Position numbers and translations under genes: made by a program | Assembly (NCBI RefSeq): GCF_004010195.1 | Contig: NC_057719.1 | Span: forward strand, 61,981,106-62,032,391 | Direction of reading: 5' to 3' | DNA: 51,286 bases | Source: Chiloscyllium plagiosum | Taxonomy: Eukaryota | In this document: one piece after another, positions 48,607 to 51,286 of the stretch | Position numbering within the stretch: the first letter of the stretch is position 1 | How the letters are laid out: each line of letters starts with the position of its first letter | Notes under the pieces: generated by a model | Database searches by the model: none | Seen by the model: the letters and a program-made list of their open reading frames with translations, nothing else | Told to the model about the DNA's origin: nothing

Positions 48607-51286
48607 TTTTTTTATAGATATTTTTATTAGAAATTTAACATTTTTACAAGTTTACAAAAATAAACAAAACTCTCAGATATAAACATTGATATACAATTAA
48701 CTCAAATATACAATAGCCAAAATTTAACAAAAAAAACAACAAAAAAATGAAAAAAAGAAAAAAAAACAAACAAAACTCAACTATCTANNNNNNNNNNNNN
48801 NNNNNNNNNNNNNNNNNNNNNNNNNNNNNNNNNNNNNNNNNNNNNNNNNNNNNNNNNNNNNNNNNNNNNNNNNNNNNNNNNNNNNNNNNNNNNNNNNNNN
48901 NNNNNNNNNNNNNNNNNNNNNNNNNNNNNNNNNNNNNNNNNNNNNNNNNNNNNNNNNNNNNNNNNNNNNNNNNNNNNNNNNNNNNNNNNNNNNNNNNNNN
49001 NNNNNNNNNNNNNNNNNNNNNNNNNNNNNNNNNNNNNNNNNNNNNNNNNNNNNNNNNNNNNNNNNNNNNNNNNNNNNNNNNNNNNNNNNNNNNNNNNNNN
49101 NNNNNNNNNNNNNNNNNNNNNNNNNNNNNNNNNNNNNNNNNNNNNNNNNNNNNNNNNNNNNNNNNNNNNNNNNNNNNNNNNNNNNNNNNNNNNNNNNNNN
49201 NNNNNNNNNNNNNNNNNNNNNNNNNNNNNNNNNNNNNNNNNNNNNNNNNNNNNNNNNNNNNNNNNNNNNNNNNNNNNNNNNNNNNNNNNNNNNNNNNNNN
49301 NNNNNNNNNNNNNNNNNNNNNNNNNNNNNNNNNNNNNNNNNNNNNNNNNNNNNNNNNNNNNNNNNNNNNNNNNNNNNNNNNNNNNNNNNNNNNNNNNNNN
49401 NNNNNNNNNNNNNNNNNNNNNNNNNNNNNNNNNNNNNNNNNNNNNNNNNNNNNNNNNNNNNNNNNNNNNNNNNNNNNNNNNNNNNNNNNNNNNNNNNNNN
49501 NNNNNNNNNNNNNNNNNNNNNNNNNNNNNNNNNNNNAGTATTATAGGGTTTTTACAGTGGTCTGTAATGATTTTCCTCTTGTCTGAAAATAAAAGGTTAA
49601 TAAGTGGGTATTTTACTTGAGAGGCCTCGATGTCCAACCAGATTGATTGTGGATCAGACAAGACCCAATCAGCTATGTAACTTAATAGGGAACTTAACTG
49701 ATATTTCCTAAAGTCTGGGAAGTCCAATCCTCCCGTTGCCTGTGGAAGCTGTAGCTTCTTCAGCTTAATGAGGGGCCACCTATGATTCCAGATAAAAGAA
49801 CCCAGCCAGCCATATAATTTACATAAAGCCGTCCTTGGCAGCATCACCGGAAGCATTCTCATAGGATATAGGAGACGGGGCAGGACATTCATTTTGATTA
49901 GTGCTATTCTACCCAACCAGGAAATTGGAAGGTCTCCCCATCGCTGGAGGTCCTGCCTTATCCTTTCCAGTAAATGCACAAAATTAGCCTTATACAACTG
50001 ACCAAATACTGGAGTAATAAAAATGCCTCCAGGGACCAACGAAAGGGAAAAAGGGATCCGTCCACTAAGTGGGGTATCATAGCAAGGCCACCCATTGGCA
50101 TCGCCTCCGATTTTGAAAAATTCATTTTATAGCCTGTGAATGCGCTAAATGTATTAATAACTTGGATTAGGTGAGGTACGGACATCAGAGGATTACTGAG
50201 GAATAGAAGAACATCATCTGCTAAAGGGTAATTTTATGTTAACCTGTACCAATCCTCGGGGCCGTTATATTAGGATCAGCTCGTATAGCTTCTGCTAGTG
50301 GTTCAATTATTAGCATAAATAACAATGGCGAGAGGGGACATCCCTGACGGCAGCCCCTACCCACACTGAAGCTATCTGAACCTAATCCATTGGTAACCAC
50401 AACTGTTTTGGGATCACTATACAATGTTGAGACCCATTTGGTAAACACCTGTCCAACGCCAAACCTTTCCAATGTGTAAAACAAATATGACCATTTGACC
50501 CTATCAAATGCCTTTTCCGCGTCTAATGAAACCACTACTCCAGGTATCTTTCCCTGATGACAGGCTTGAATCATATTTAAAACTCTTCTCATATTATTGG
50601 ATGATCTACAGCCCTTAATAAACCCCGTCTGATCCTCCATTATAATATGTGGCAGTATCCTTTCTAGTCTCAGTGCTAACGTTTTAGAAAGGATTTTAAA
50701 ATCTACATTTAGCAAGGATATTGGTCTATATGATGTACAATCTTTTGGGTCCTTTCTTTTTTAAGGATAAGAGAGATATTTGCCTCTTTCAGCGAAGGCG
50801 GGAGACAACCCTGACTATATGCATAGTTATACATGTCCATAAGTGGACCAGCCAATATTTCTGTAAATTCTTTATAGAATTCAGCTTGAAAACCATCTGG
50901 GCCCGGTGCCTTACCATTCTGAAGTTGCCTAATTGCATCAAGTATTTCTTGGACTGTTAGAGGAGCATTTAGGACCGATACTTGTTCCGGAGTTAGGCCT
51001 GGAAAGGTCAAATTTTTTAAAAATGACTGCTTCCTCCTCATCCTATCTTCACAATCCTGCGATTTATATAACTCAGAATAAAATTCTCTAAAGTTCGCAT
51101 TAATCTTTTTATGATCATGAGTCAAAATACCCGTACTTTCCTTGATAGACATAATAGTCTGAGGGGCCTTTTTTTTCTTTGCAAGAAATGCTAAGTATCT
51201 ACCCGGTTTGTCGCCATATTCATATAACCTTTGTTTTGCAAACAATATTTCCCTCTTAGCCGTTTGAGTAAGCATAGTGTTTAGAG
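48607..51286 (-). mobile_element. L1-clade LINE, ORF2 (frameshifted) plus 3' UTR and poly(A)
   Basis: KAPGPDGF, DFKILSK, DQTGF, SLDAEKAFDRV, GCRQGCPLSPLLF, GRIALIKMNVLPR; AATAAA (48623-48628) and A tail; runs off the window end. Confidence 0.95.

Noticed and set aside
1..51286. CRISPR arrays, rRNA or prokaryotic operons
   Set aside because: No repeat-spacer array or rRNA; the sequence is vertebrate-type intronic/intergenic DNA.

Overview
Repeat-rich eukaryotic DNA, most likely from a shark or ray: it carries HE1-like tRNA-derived SINEs with CR1-type tails, plus CR1, Rex1, L2, L1 and Penelope retroelements and a hAT-Charlie transposon. The dominant structure is a ~17 kb direct duplication (5092-21740 vs 26184-43822, roughly 1-3% diverged by eye, with many reciprocal indels). 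The second copy is bounded by two exactly 500-N gaps, so part of it may be a haplotig, although three sequence versions at one point argue for more than one locus. Each copy contains a conserved + strand terminal coding exon (basic NLS-like motif plus coiled coil, resembling the C-terminus of trihelix Myb/SANT-like proteins) and candidate antisense exons on either side of it. Other notable signals are minimal hammerhead ribozymes in three Penelope families (one with an intact core), a de novo 32-bp hairpin made by template switching at a palindrome, a poly-G tract replaced by a Penelope RT patch, and several microhomology or templated repair scars. Family assignments are from motif recognition only; no database search was run.
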